From: Bacteroidia bacterium
Lineage (GTDB): Bacteria; Bacteroidota; Bacteroidia; SpSt-205
Assembly: GCA_026414975.1 (NCBI GenBank)
Contig: JAOAHZ010000010.1
Span: forward strand, 17,959 to 81,958
Length of the DNA: 64,000 nucleotides
Reading direction: 5' to 3'
The position numbers and the translations under genes are program-made. Shown piece by piece: positions 56,079 through 64,000 of the stretch. How positions within the stretch are numbered: the first letter of the stretch is position 1; each line of letters starts with the position of its first letter. The notes under the pieces are model-generated. The model was not told the DNA's origin, did no database searches, and saw only the letters and a program-made list of their open reading frames with translations.

Positions 56079-57668
56079 GTGCGATGGCGAACGGATTACC
56101 TTGTAATAGGATCAGGCGTAGCTGGGTTGTACCTTGCCCTGAAAGCAGCTGAATATGGGGAGGTTTTGCTACTGACCAAAGATAAAGCTTCCGAAAGCAA
56201 TACTGCCTACGCCCAAGGCGGAATCGCCGGGGTTTTTTCCTCTCAGGATAGCTTTGAAGCCCATATTCGAGACACCTTAGTGGCAGGAGATGGTCTGTGC
56301 CGAGAGAAGGTCGTACGAGAAGTTATCAGAGAAGCACCCGCAGTTATTCGGGACCTGATGGAGTATGGCGTTCAGTTTGACCGGGATGAACGAGGAGAGC
56401 TTTTATTAGCACGAGAGGGCGGTCATTCGCACCCCCGGATACTTCACAATCGCGATGCCACGGGAGCTGAAATCAGCCGTGTCCTCTTAGAAGCTGTACG
56501 AAATCATCCGAGGATTCATCTCTGGGAAGGCTTCTTCGCTTTGGATTTGATTACTCAGCATCATCTCGGGATATACGTGAATAGAGGCTACCCCGGCATC
56601 ACCTGCTATGGCGTATATGCCTTAGAGGAAGCTACTGGAGTGATCTGGACGCTATTAGCTCGGGTAACTGTGTTAGCTTCGGGGGGAGCGGGGCAAGTCT
56701 ATCCCGTTACGACAAACCCTCCGACAGCCACGGGAGATGGCATCGCCATGGCTTTGCGCGCTAAAGCTCGCATTGCCAACATGGAGTTTTATCAGTTTCA
56801 TCCTACCGCCCTTTACGAGCCTGACAAGCGGCCTGCCTTCCTCCTTACCGAAGCCTTGAGAGGAGCTGGCGCCACCTTGGTGGACCCTATTCATCATCGC
56901 CCCTTTATGCATAAATACGACCCCCGAGGGGACTTAGCTCCTCGGGATATTGTCGCTCGCGCCATAGATACAGAATCTAAAATCGCTGGTACTCCTTTCG
57001 TGTATTTAGATGCTCGATCAGTCCCAAACTTTCCGGAACGGTTTCCAACTATCTATGAATACTGTAAGTCAAAAGGCTTAGACCCGACTGAAACCCTTCT
57101 GCCCGTAGCTCCTGCCGCTCACTACATGGTGGGTGGCATAGATACGGATGAAGTAGGACGTACATCCATTCATCGTTTGTACGCTGTCGGAGAGGTGAGC
57201 TATACAGGGTTACATGGGTCCAATAGACTGGCGTCTAACTCACTCTTAGAAGCCTTAGTCTTCGCCGAGCGAGCTGCACGAGACTCAGCACTCGTGTTGA
57301 AAGACTATAGCTGGCAAGAGGATGTGCCCGATTGGGACCCCAGAGGCACGCGTCATCCTGAAGAAATGGTCCTCATCAGCCACAACCTTCAAGAACTGCG
57401 CAACCTTATGGGAAACTATGTCGGTATCGTGCGATCCAATTTTCGCCTAGAGCGGGCTCGCCGTCGTATCGCCCTACTCTACGACGAAACCGAGGCGTTT
57501 TATGCCCATACTTATCCTTCTAGAGCTCTATTTGAGCTGAGAAACCTTATCGCTGTCGCCTACCTAATCGTCAAGTGCGCCTCTATCCGAAAAGAAAGCC
57601 GTGGCCTCCATTACACCTTAGATTATCCCCAAAAGCATCCAAAGCTCATCGTTGATACTTTAGTTTGA
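56079..57668 (+). CDS. nadB: L-aspartate oxidase
   Basis: DYLVIGSGVAG FAD motif and RLASNSLLE. I prefer the GTG at 56079 (VRWRTDYLVIG), which lies 5 nt after TATCTTTG. The track's ATG at 56055 lies upstream of the box. Confidence 0.85.
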   Translation: MRWRTDYLVIGSGVAGLYLALKAAEYGEVLLLTKDKASESNTAYAQGGIAGVFSSQDSFEAHIRDTLVAGDGLCREKVVREVIREAPAVIRDLMEYGVQFDRDERGELLLAREGGHSHPRILHNRDATGAEISRVLLEAVRNHPRIHLWEGFFALDLITQHHLGIYVNRGYPGITCYGVYALEEATGVIWTLLARVTVLASGGAGQVYPVTTNPPTATGDGIAMALRAKARIANMEFYQFHPTALYEPDKRPAFLLTEALRGAGATLVDPIHHRPFMHKYDPRGDLAPRDIVARAIDTESKIAGTPFVYLDARSVPNFPERFPTIYEYCKSKGLDPTETLLPVAPAAHYMVGGIDTDEVGRTSIHRLYAVGEVSYTGLHGSNRLASNSLLEALVFAERAARDSALVLKDYSWQEDVPDWDPRGTRHPEEMVLISHNLQELRNLMGNYVGIVRSNFRLERARRRIALLYDETEAFYAHTYPSRALFELRNLIAVAYLIVKCASIRKESRGLHYTLDYPQKHPKLIVDTLV

Positions 57669-57826
57669 ACCCCTCCTCTAACAAAGATTGTCCGAAATCC
57701 GAAGCCGATAGGGTCAATACCGGCTATCCCCGACTCGGCTCATCTAATTATCCCCCCTATGTGCAACCTGAGCCATCCCGCATCCATCACTACGCAATCT
57801 AAGGGGCTTCTAAAGGTCTATCACAT

Positions 57827-57834
57827 TACTTTTG
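57827..57834 (+). promoter_or_regulatory. -7 box TACTTTTG, 4 nt before the GTG at 57839
   Basis: Read directly. Confidence 0.5.
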
Positions 57835-57838
57835 TGAT

Positions 57839-59080
57839 GTGAGTTTTACGAATCTAAATCCGCCTCCTTCAGAAATAGAACAGCAGTTCAAAAGAACTCG
57901 CCTAAGAAACACGCGATTGGTAGCGTGGCTCATCTTCGCTTCCAAGCTGCTCTCTTTAGGAAGTGCCTTAGCCGCCGAGGGCGTGAGCTCAGAGGTTCGC
58001 CAGACCTTTCTATGGATTCGGGTACCCGATGCCATCCTAAGCCTGCTCATGGGATTTATCATACAGTTTTCCTCGTCAGTTCCTCCCATCTTACGCCTAC
58101 TTCTCCTGCTCAATGTTACAGTAGTGGTCCTGATCGAGGGAGTCTTAACTCAGCCCTTCTCGGGCTGGACCTTTGCCTGGATCAACTTCACCGCCACTAT
58201 GGGTAGTCTTATTGCGTTTGACCTTGTAAAGGAGAGGAAGTATGGGTATTTCGCTATCTTAGGCCACCTATTGCTTACCCTCCTTGGCATAATCGTCCAG
58301 CCCAAGCTGAGCTTTATAACCCCCAATCCAATCACTCATGGAACGGCCCGATTCCTCTTAATCACACTCATGATAGGGATAGCTGGCCTGATTGTATTTG
58401 ATTATTACCGAAAAGTCATGCATAACGCGATTTCCTTCTCAGATCAGCTGGAAGAGGCTTTGGAAAAACAAAAAACGCTGGCTGAAGAGGCCTGGAAGCA
58501 AAAGGCTATAGCAGAGCAGCGGCAAGCTGAAGCGGAAGCCGCTTTCGCTGAAGTAGCTCGCCTGAGAGAAGCCGAGCTTCAGACCGCCAGACGGCAGAAG
58601 TTCCTCATAGAATACGAAACGCTCATGCGAGAAAGTTATACAAGATCTCTGAAAGATTTTGGACAAGCTCTCTTGGAGACGCTTAGCCGAGACTTACCGA
58701 TGATAGGAGGCGTCTTATACCTCAAGGCTGAGGACGAATGGCAAGTGATAGCGGCGTATGCCTTTCCCTCTGAAACTGAACGAAAGGTTCAGAGTGGTCT
58801 TTTAGATATGGTAGCAAGCTGCCGTCTTCCGTATGTCATAGCCCCCCCACCCCCTGGCACGAAGCGCCCTTATGCGGCTCTACACATTCCGGCTCCGGCT
58901 GCCCTCTTATACTTGCCATTTTATAGCGAAGCCACGGATGAATCGGTGATGATAGCCGAAGTTCTATTGGCTGAATCTCTGCCTGAATCAACGCTCGCTC
59001 TTGTGCGCGAAATCCTCCCCCGGGTCGGTACTTATGTGTGGGGTCGGCTCCGTCAGGACCTAACCCCGCACATAGCTTAG
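57839..59080 (+). CDS. hypothetical multi-TM protein with coiled coil and GAF-like C-terminal region
   Basis: 413 aa. About 5-6 hydrophobic segments, then EEALEKQKTLAEEAWKQKAIAEQRQAEAEAAFAEVARLREAEL. The GTG lies 4 nt after TACTTTTG. Confidence 0.5.
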   Translation: MSFTNLNPPPSEIEQQFKRTRLRNTRLVAWLIFASKLLSLGSALAAEGVSSEVRQTFLWIRVPDAILSLLMGFIIQFSSSVPPILRLLLLLNVTVVVLIEGVLTQPFSGWTFAWINFTATMGSLIAFDLVKERKYGYFAILGHLLLTLLGIIVQPKLSFITPNPITHGTARFLLITLMIGIAGLIVFDYYRKVMHNAISFSDQLEEALEKQKTLAEEAWKQKAIAEQRQAEAEAAFAEVARLREAELQTARRQKFLIEYETLMRESYTRSLKDFGQALLETLSRDLPMIGGVLYLKAEDEWQVIAAYAFPSETERKVQSGLLDMVASCRLPYVIAPPPPGTKRPYAALHIPAPAALLYLPFYSEATDESVMIAEVLLAESLPESTLALVREILPRVGTYVWGRLRQDLTPHIA

Positions 59081-59097
59081 CCAAGTCTCTCTGTCAG

Positions 59098-60597
59098 ATG
59101 AAAGCCTTAGCAGCGCAAGTTTGGGCGTCTCATCGGAGTCGGTGGTACCATCAGGCTATAGGACGCGAAACCCTCCATCAGAAAGCCCTTTTGCAGAACC
59201 TCATTCGAAAGGGTTGCCAAACCGCTTTCGGCAGAGACCACAAGCTAAGCGAAGTGCACACCTATGAAGAGTTTCGTCAGGCCATCCCCATCTACACTTA
59301 CGAAGTTTTCTGGGAGAAGTACCTGTCGCGAGCATGGACGGGTGAGCCCCATGTTTCTTGGCCTGGCGTTCCAGAATACTTTGCTAAGACCTCAGGAACG
59401 ACGGCTGGAGCTAAATATCTACCCCTAACAACCGAAAGCATCCGAGGTCACATCCGAGGCGCAAGGGATACACTCCTGTTGTACATAGCTCGCACTCGCA
59501 AAGCCGACTTCGTAAATGGACGCTGGCTTTTCTTATCGGGCAGCCCGGCTTTAGAACGAAACCCAGCGGGCATCCGACATGGGCGCTTGTCGGGTATCGT
59601 CCATCACTGGGTCCCCTCTTATCTGACACGCAATCGCCTCCCTTCTTGGCGTATCAACTGCATAGAAGACTGGCAGACCAAGGTAGAGCAAGTGATTGCC
59701 GAAGCAGCCCAATCAGACCTGCGCCTCCTGTCGGGCATCCCTCCATGGATAGAGCAAATGCTGCTGGCCGTAGAAAAACGCTTCGGTAAGGCAGCTACGG
59801 ACCTTTGGCGGCACCTACAGCTCTACATACATGGCGGAGTTGACTTTCGGCTGTATGAAGATCGGCTGAAACGACTGCTGCCAGGGGTAGATTTTGTAGA
59901 AACTTTCCCTGCATCGGAGGGTTTTTTTGCGTTTCAGGACACCGACAGTCGGGAAGACGGACTTCGCCTCCTGACAGATAATGGGATCTTTTATGAATTC
60001 ACTCCCTTAGAGCAAGCGGATAAGCCAGATGCGCCCCGCCTCCCTCTTTGGGAAGTGGAAATGGGGCGCCCTTATGCCTTGCTCATCACCACAAACGCAG
60101 GATTATGGGCATACGCTATCGGAGATGTGGTTCGCTTCACCTGTTTGAAGCCCTATCGCTTGCAAGTCGTTGGTCGCGTAAAGAATCATCTGAGCGCTTT
60201 CGGCGAACACGTCATAGAAGCTGAGATAGAAGCTGCTCTCCAGGCTGCACTACGCGCCACAGGCGCTCAAGTCCGTGAGTATACCGTCGGACCCTACCTT
60301 GGACCCGATCATCCTCGCCATGAATGGCTCATAGAAGTAGAAAAGGAACCTGATTCTTGGACCCACTTTCAGACTGTCTTAGATGAAACCTTGCAGAATC
60401 TGAATCCTTACTACGCTGACTTGCGGCGAGGTCGTATTCTGGCCCCACCTCAAATCTATCGCTTGCCCGTGGGAGCTGGTTATGCGTATTTGGAAGCGCA
60501 GGGACGCTTAGGGGGACAAAATAAATTTCCGCACCTGCGCAGCGATAGAGTCCTGATAGAAGCCCTCCTACATCAGGCGGAACGAGTAGGGGGATAG
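59098..60597 (+). CDS. GH3 auxin-responsive promoter family (acyl-adenylate-forming) protein
   Basis: FAKTSGTTAGAKYLP and the overall pattern of Bacteroidota GH3-family proteins. Start at MKALAAQVW. Confidence 0.65.
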   Translation: MKALAAQVWASHRSRWYHQAIGRETLHQKALLQNLIRKGCQTAFGRDHKLSEVHTYEEFRQAIPIYTYEVFWEKYLSRAWTGEPHVSWPGVPEYFAKTSGTTAGAKYLPLTTESIRGHIRGARDTLLLYIARTRKADFVNGRWLFLSGSPALERNPAGIRHGRLSGIVHHWVPSYLTRNRLPSWRINCIEDWQTKVEQVIAEAAQSDLRLLSGIPPWIEQMLLAVEKRFGKAATDLWRHLQLYIHGGVDFRLYEDRLKRLLPGVDFVETFPASEGFFAFQDTDSREDGLRLLTDNGIFYEFTPLEQADKPDAPRLPLWEVEMGRPYALLITTNAGLWAYAIGDVVRFTCLKPYRLQVVGRVKNHLSAFGEHVIEAEIEAALQAALRATGAQVREYTVGPYLGPDHPRHEWLIEVEKEPDSWTHFQTVLDETLQNLNPYYADLRRGRILAPPQIYRLPVGAGYAYLEAQGRLGGQNKFPHLRSDRVLIEALLHQAERVGG

Positions 60598-60691
60598 AGC
60601 CGAGTTCAGCCTTGGCCGACTTAGGCTAAGGTAAAAGCTCAAGAGGGTTGAGTACTTTTTTGCTGGGGCTGCATAGGGTGAGCCTTTGCCG

Positions 60692-60699
60692 TATCTTTG
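60692..60699 (+). promoter_or_regulatory. -7 box TATCTTTG, 5 nt before the M1 peptidase ATG (60705)
   Basis: Read directly. Confidence 0.55.
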
Positions 60700-60704
60700 C
60701 TTGG

Positions 60705-62945
60705 ATGCGGTGGAGCTCTGTTGTCATGGTCCCCTATCTTTTCGCTCAGACGGCGTTTCATTCCGATCCGTTTCAGCCTTTAGAGGACTATGCTCCGCCT
60801 CCGTCTCCTTCGCAGACACCCCATGGCCTGCCCTCCCCAGCCTACTGGCAAAACCGAGCCGACTACCAGATGGACATCACTTTGGACCCCAAGACCCATC
60901 GGCTCACAGGAGTCGCTCGCTTAACCTATACCCATAATGCCCCTTTTCCCATCTGCTACCTCTGGCTCGCTGTAGAACCTAACTACTTTAGCTTGCGCAG
61001 CTACGGCCACTTGAGCCGAAACTTCCTCTGGGAGGACTTCCGACGAGACGCTCAGCGGGGCAAAGCCAACCGTATAGAACTCTATGCTCGCCAACTGGAG
61101 AACTACCAGCGCACCAATCTCCTTCTCACCGAAGTTTCTGTAGAAGAGGGAACGACTGTACGCCCCCTCCCCTATCGCATAGAGGAAACGCTGATGGAAG
61201 TATCCCTGCCCAAGTGCTTAGCAACAGGGGAACGCATTACCTTACGACTTCAATGGAGCTTCACTCTCAATGACGCCTTAGTGGAGGGGCGAGGCGGCTA
61301 TATGATGACTGAAGCTGGTCCCATTTACCAAGTAGCCCAGTACTATCCCCGCCCTGTTCTTCTGAGTGAAAGGCGTGGATGGCAGAAAATGCCTTACTAC
61401 GGGCCGAGTGAGTTTGCTACGGAGTTTGGCGATTATGAAGTGAATGTACGCCTACCTCGGGGCTTCATCGTGGCTGCGACAGGCCGACTCCTCAATCCCG
61501 AGGCTGTTCTTCCCCCTCCTCAGTTAGAGCGTTGGAGACGAGTAGGGTTGGATACGACTACCTTTATCCTTACTTCGAAGGAAGTGCCGCTCAAGGTACA
61601 GCGCGATACACTTATATGGCGCTTTCGGGCGGAGAATGTGAGAGATTTCGCTTTTGCGGCCAGCAACCAGTACATCTGGGAAGCGCGTTATACCAAAATC
61701 CCGGGGGCACCTGAGCCTACTCTAATCCAGTCTCTTTACACCTCAGATGTAGCGCCTCTATGGCAGCATTTAGCCTTAGCTGCGGCCGAGCACACCCTCC
61801 ATGAATACAGCCAATACACCTTTCCTTTCCCTTACCCGAGCATGATAGTAACCTACGGAGGGGTCTATGGCATGGAGTACCCGATGATAGTTTTCTGCGG
61901 ACGGCAGCAGCCTGAGAAAGACGGCTCGGTACCGGAGGCAACGCGCCACAGCTTCATCTCTTTGGTCATACACGAGGTGGGACACAACTTCTTTCCGATG
62001 GTGGTCTGCTCGGATGAAAGGCGCTGGATGTGGTTAGACGAAGGGTTGAATACCTATTTGGAAAACCTCTCTAAGGCTGCTTTTGAGCCCATGCTTCGGG
62101 AGAAAGAGGCCGAAGCTGAACGCAAGCGCGTGCGCGAATATCTCGCCAGCGGACGCAGCCAGCCTATCTTAGCTCACCCCTTATCTATCCGCGAAATGGG
62201 TTCTAATGCCTATCTCAAAGTTGCCATTGGCTTGGAGACGCTGAGGTCTTACATTTTAGACCCTACTCGCATGGACACCGCTTTTCAGCGATACGCCCGA
62301 GCGTGGGCCTTCAAGCATCCCGAGCCTTGGGACTTCTTTCGGGCTATCTCCCATAGTATAGGGCAGGAGCTGGGGTGGTTTTGGAAAGGGTGGTTTTTAG
62401 ATACGGCACCTGTCGATATAGCGATTGATACGGTTATTCAGGAGAAAGTCTCTGTGGGGCGCTCCTATCGCCAGGTCCTTTTGACCGAAGAAGAACAGGC
62501 TGTACAGCGCTATGTAGAGCGGCTCTCGCAGGATACCCTTCGCCGGCGTTTTTATGTGGATAGTCGTCCCCATCTGATAAACCATGTCCTGGAGAATAAT
62601 CGAAAAACCTATGAAGCGGCCTTGACTGAGCGAAGGAGAGCTCTTAAGGCAGCTCAGGAGGCCGCTCGTCGTTACCTTCGAGAGGAAGGAGACCTATACG
62701 AGGTAAGGGTTCGCTTTCGCAATCGAGGTGGCTTGGTATGGCCGCTTTGGGTGAAGCTAACCTACAGCGATGGGGCCGCCTCCCTATGGTACTTCCCCGC
62801 TGAAGTCTGGGCTAAGGAGCCCACTACCCTCCTCAAAGTCTTTTATACTCGGCAACCTGTCCAGCAAGTAGAAGTAGACCCGTGGAAACTGTCATTAGAC
62901 ATTCGTCCTGAGAATCAGGTCTATGGAACCCCTGGAAGCAACTAA
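60705..62945 (+). CDS. M1 family zinc metallopeptidase
   Basis: HEVGHNFF...WLDEGLNTY (HExxH+E). Signal-like MRWSSVVMVPYLFAQT. The ATG lies 5 nt after TATCTTTG. Confidence 0.8.
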   Translation: MRWSSVVMVPYLFAQTAFHSDPFQPLEDYAPPPSPSQTPHGLPSPAYWQNRADYQMDITLDPKTHRLTGVARLTYTHNAPFPICYLWLAVEPNYFSLRSYGHLSRNFLWEDFRRDAQRGKANRIELYARQLENYQRTNLLLTEVSVEEGTTVRPLPYRIEETLMEVSLPKCLATGERITLRLQWSFTLNDALVEGRGGYMMTEAGPIYQVAQYYPRPVLLSERRGWQKMPYYGPSEFATEFGDYEVNVRLPRGFIVAATGRLLNPEAVLPPPQLERWRRVGLDTTTFILTSKEVPLKVQRDTLIWRFRAENVRDFAFAASNQYIWEARYTKIPGAPEPTLIQSLYTSDVAPLWQHLALAAAEHTLHEYSQYTFPFPYPSMIVTYGGVYGMEYPMIVFCGRQQPEKDGSVPEATRHSFISLVIHEVGHNFFPMVVCSDERRWMWLDEGLNTYLENLSKAAFEPMLREKEAEAERKRVREYLASGRSQPILAHPLSIREMGSNAYLKVAIGLETLRSYILDPTRMDTAFQRYARAWAFKHPEPWDFFRAISHSIGQELGWFWKGWFLDTAPVDIAIDTVIQEKVSVGRSYRQVLLTEEEQAVQRYVERLSQDTLRRRFYVDSRPHLINHVLENNRKTYEAALTERRRALKAAQEAARRYLREEGDLYEVRVRFRNRGGLVWPLWVKLTYSDGAASLWYFPAEVWAKEPTTLLKVFYTRQPVQQVEVDPWKLSLDIRPENQVYGTPGSN

Positions 62946-63192
62946 AGCCCGATTGGAGCGGTTAGAGAAGGGGATACAACGACTGATTGCGGCATACGAA
63001 AGGGCTTTGGATGAACAGAAAATGCTACTTTTGACACAGCGTCGGCGACGAGAGCAGCTTCGGGAGCAGCTCTTGCGCCTACGCCAAAAGGTAGAAGTGG
63101 CTTTATCCTATGGCAGAGGAGACTCGAACATGGACCATACTCGGTCGGCAACTGACCGTTCAGGCGCCACCGAAGACAATAAGGCACCTTGA
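62923..63192 (+). CDS. small coiled-coil protein (3' end uncertain)
   Basis: 89-aa ORF with a heptad-rich N-terminal 60 aa. The last 83 nt overlap the zapA-like ORF in another frame. Confidence 0.4.
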   Translation: MEPLEATKARLERLEKGIQRLIAAYERALDEQKMLLLTQRRRREQLREQLLRLRQKVEVALSYGRGDSNMDHTRSATDRSGATEDNKAP

Positions 63193-63382
63193 ACAGCTTC
63201 TCGCTCAGATAAGCGAGAAGGCCGCTGATTTTCGCAAGGTCCATCCTTATGCGGATGAACTGACGCATTGGCTCATGGCTACGCTCAGCCTCTTGGAGGC
63301 TTTGTCTCAGCGACTCCATTTATATGAGGATTTCTGCTGCCGGATAGAAGCCCTTCTGTCTCCTATCGGGGAGGAAGCATGA
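63110..63382 (+). CDS. zapA: cell division protein ZapA-like
   Basis: 90 aa. WTILGRQLTVQAPPKTIRHLEQLLAQISEKA resembles ZapA, and the position immediately upstream of rny is typical in Bacteroidota. Confidence 0.55.
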   Translation: MAEETRTWTILGRQLTVQAPPKTIRHLEQLLAQISEKAADFRKVHPYADELTHWLMATLSLLEALSQRLHLYEDFCCRIEALLSPIGEEA

Positions 63383-64000
63383 CAGATATGGCTATGAGCA
63401 TAATTGTAGGGCTTCTATTGGGGCTGGCGGGCGGCTATGCCGGCTTTTACCTCATAACTCGGCGACATTCTCTTAGACTCAAGCAAGCTGAAGCTGAACA
63501 GAAAGAGCGGCTCCAAGCCTTAGAGCAAGAGACCCAAGCTCGTCTCCAACGCTTAGAGCAAAAAGCTCATCAACGCCTTCAAGAAGCCAACCGGAAATAC
63601 CAGGCAGCCGAAAAGGAAGCTGAACGGCGCATACGAGAGCGGCTCGCCCAAGAAATAAGCGAAGCTAAGACCAAGGCTCAGCAGCTCCTCCAACAAGCCG
63701 AATCCCATCTCCGAGAAGCCGAAGAAAGACACAAGCAAATCATAGCCCTAGAAGAAACCGTAAACCGCCGCCAAGAGCAAGTACAAGCCCAGCTTACCGC
63801 TCTCCAAAAAGACTTTGAGCGCTTGGACCGACAGAAAGAAGCCCAAGAGCAGCGCTTGAAAGAGCTCCTACAGCGAGAAGAAGCCTTATTGGAGAAAGAG
63901 CGGCAGATTCAGCAGCGACTGGAGGAAATAAGCGGCATGTCTCAGGAAGAGGCACTCCAACACCTTATGGAAAGCCTGCGTCAAGAAGCTGAAGCTCGAG
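63379..64000 (+). CDS. rny: ribonuclease Y, N-terminal part (continues beyond the window)
   Basis: Not in the ORF track because it runs off the edge. My translation is MTDMAMSIIVGLLLGLAGGYAGFYLITRR (TM), then a long coiled coil, then EEISGMSQEEALQHLMESLRQEAEA. The ATG overlaps the zapA stop. Confidence 0.85.
   Translation, partial: MTDMAMSIIVGLLLGLAGGYAGFYLITRRHSLRLKQAEAEQKERLQALEQETQARLQRLEQKAHQRLQEANRKYQAAEKEAERRIRERLAQEISEAKTKAQQLLQQAESHLREAEERHKQIIALEETVNRRQEQVQAQLTALQKDFERLDRQKEAQEQRLKELLQREEALLEKERQIQQRLEEISGMSQEEALQHLMESLRQEAEAR

Overview
The window is a gene-dense chromosomal segment (about 60 CDS, one tRNA) with no transposase, integrase, CRISPR array or rRNA. I assign it to a Bacteroidota-type organism. 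The evidence is a 2406-aa SprA (T9SS translocon), T9SS C-terminal sorting signals, and the Bacteroidota sigma-A -7 box TAnnTTTG directly upstream of many start codons. No homology search was run, so all product calls rest on motifs I read in the supplied translations.

Housekeeping genes:
- bioA (partial), a PurM-like gene, an LptF/G permease, an APC permease, gltA, bioD, ffh, asnS and a glmM-like mutase.
- A B-family (ba3-type) cytochrome oxidase operon with SCO1, a membrane-anchored cytochrome c and an unlisted 43-aa subunit IIa ORF.
- DegT, a NuoI-like ferredoxin, an M28 peptidase, rpiB, fabH, sufB, folC, hbd, rnz, ligA, tRNA-Asp, aspartate kinase, nadB, an M1 peptidase, zapA and rny (partial).

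The most unusual region is a same-strand signalling island at about 35.2-47.0 kb:
- A divergent Ser/Thr kinase.
- An orphan CheR and CheB pair.
- A PEBP/RKIP-like protein translationally coupled to a 911-aa TM-GAF-PAS-PAS-PP2C phosphatase.
- Two tandem SiaB-like kinase plus DUF1987 (SiaC-like) pairs.
- Two paralogous coiled-coil, tail-anchored membrane proteins sitting where a cyclase output would be expected.
- Further downstream, a STAS protein with a 64-residue Asp/Glu tail punctuated by nine Trp.

Other observations:
- Pervasive leaderless promoter architecture, including back-to-back divergent promoters with start codons only 33 bp apart.
- tRNA-Asp ends 8 nt before the ligA start codon.
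- An FkbM methyltransferase is interrupted by a single in-frame TGA.
- Two tandem mini-lipoprotein genes with overlapping frames lie upstream of sprA.
- There is a perfect 18-19 bp GC-rich hairpin.
- A GH18-CUB secreted protein contains a tandem duplication of about 280 aa.
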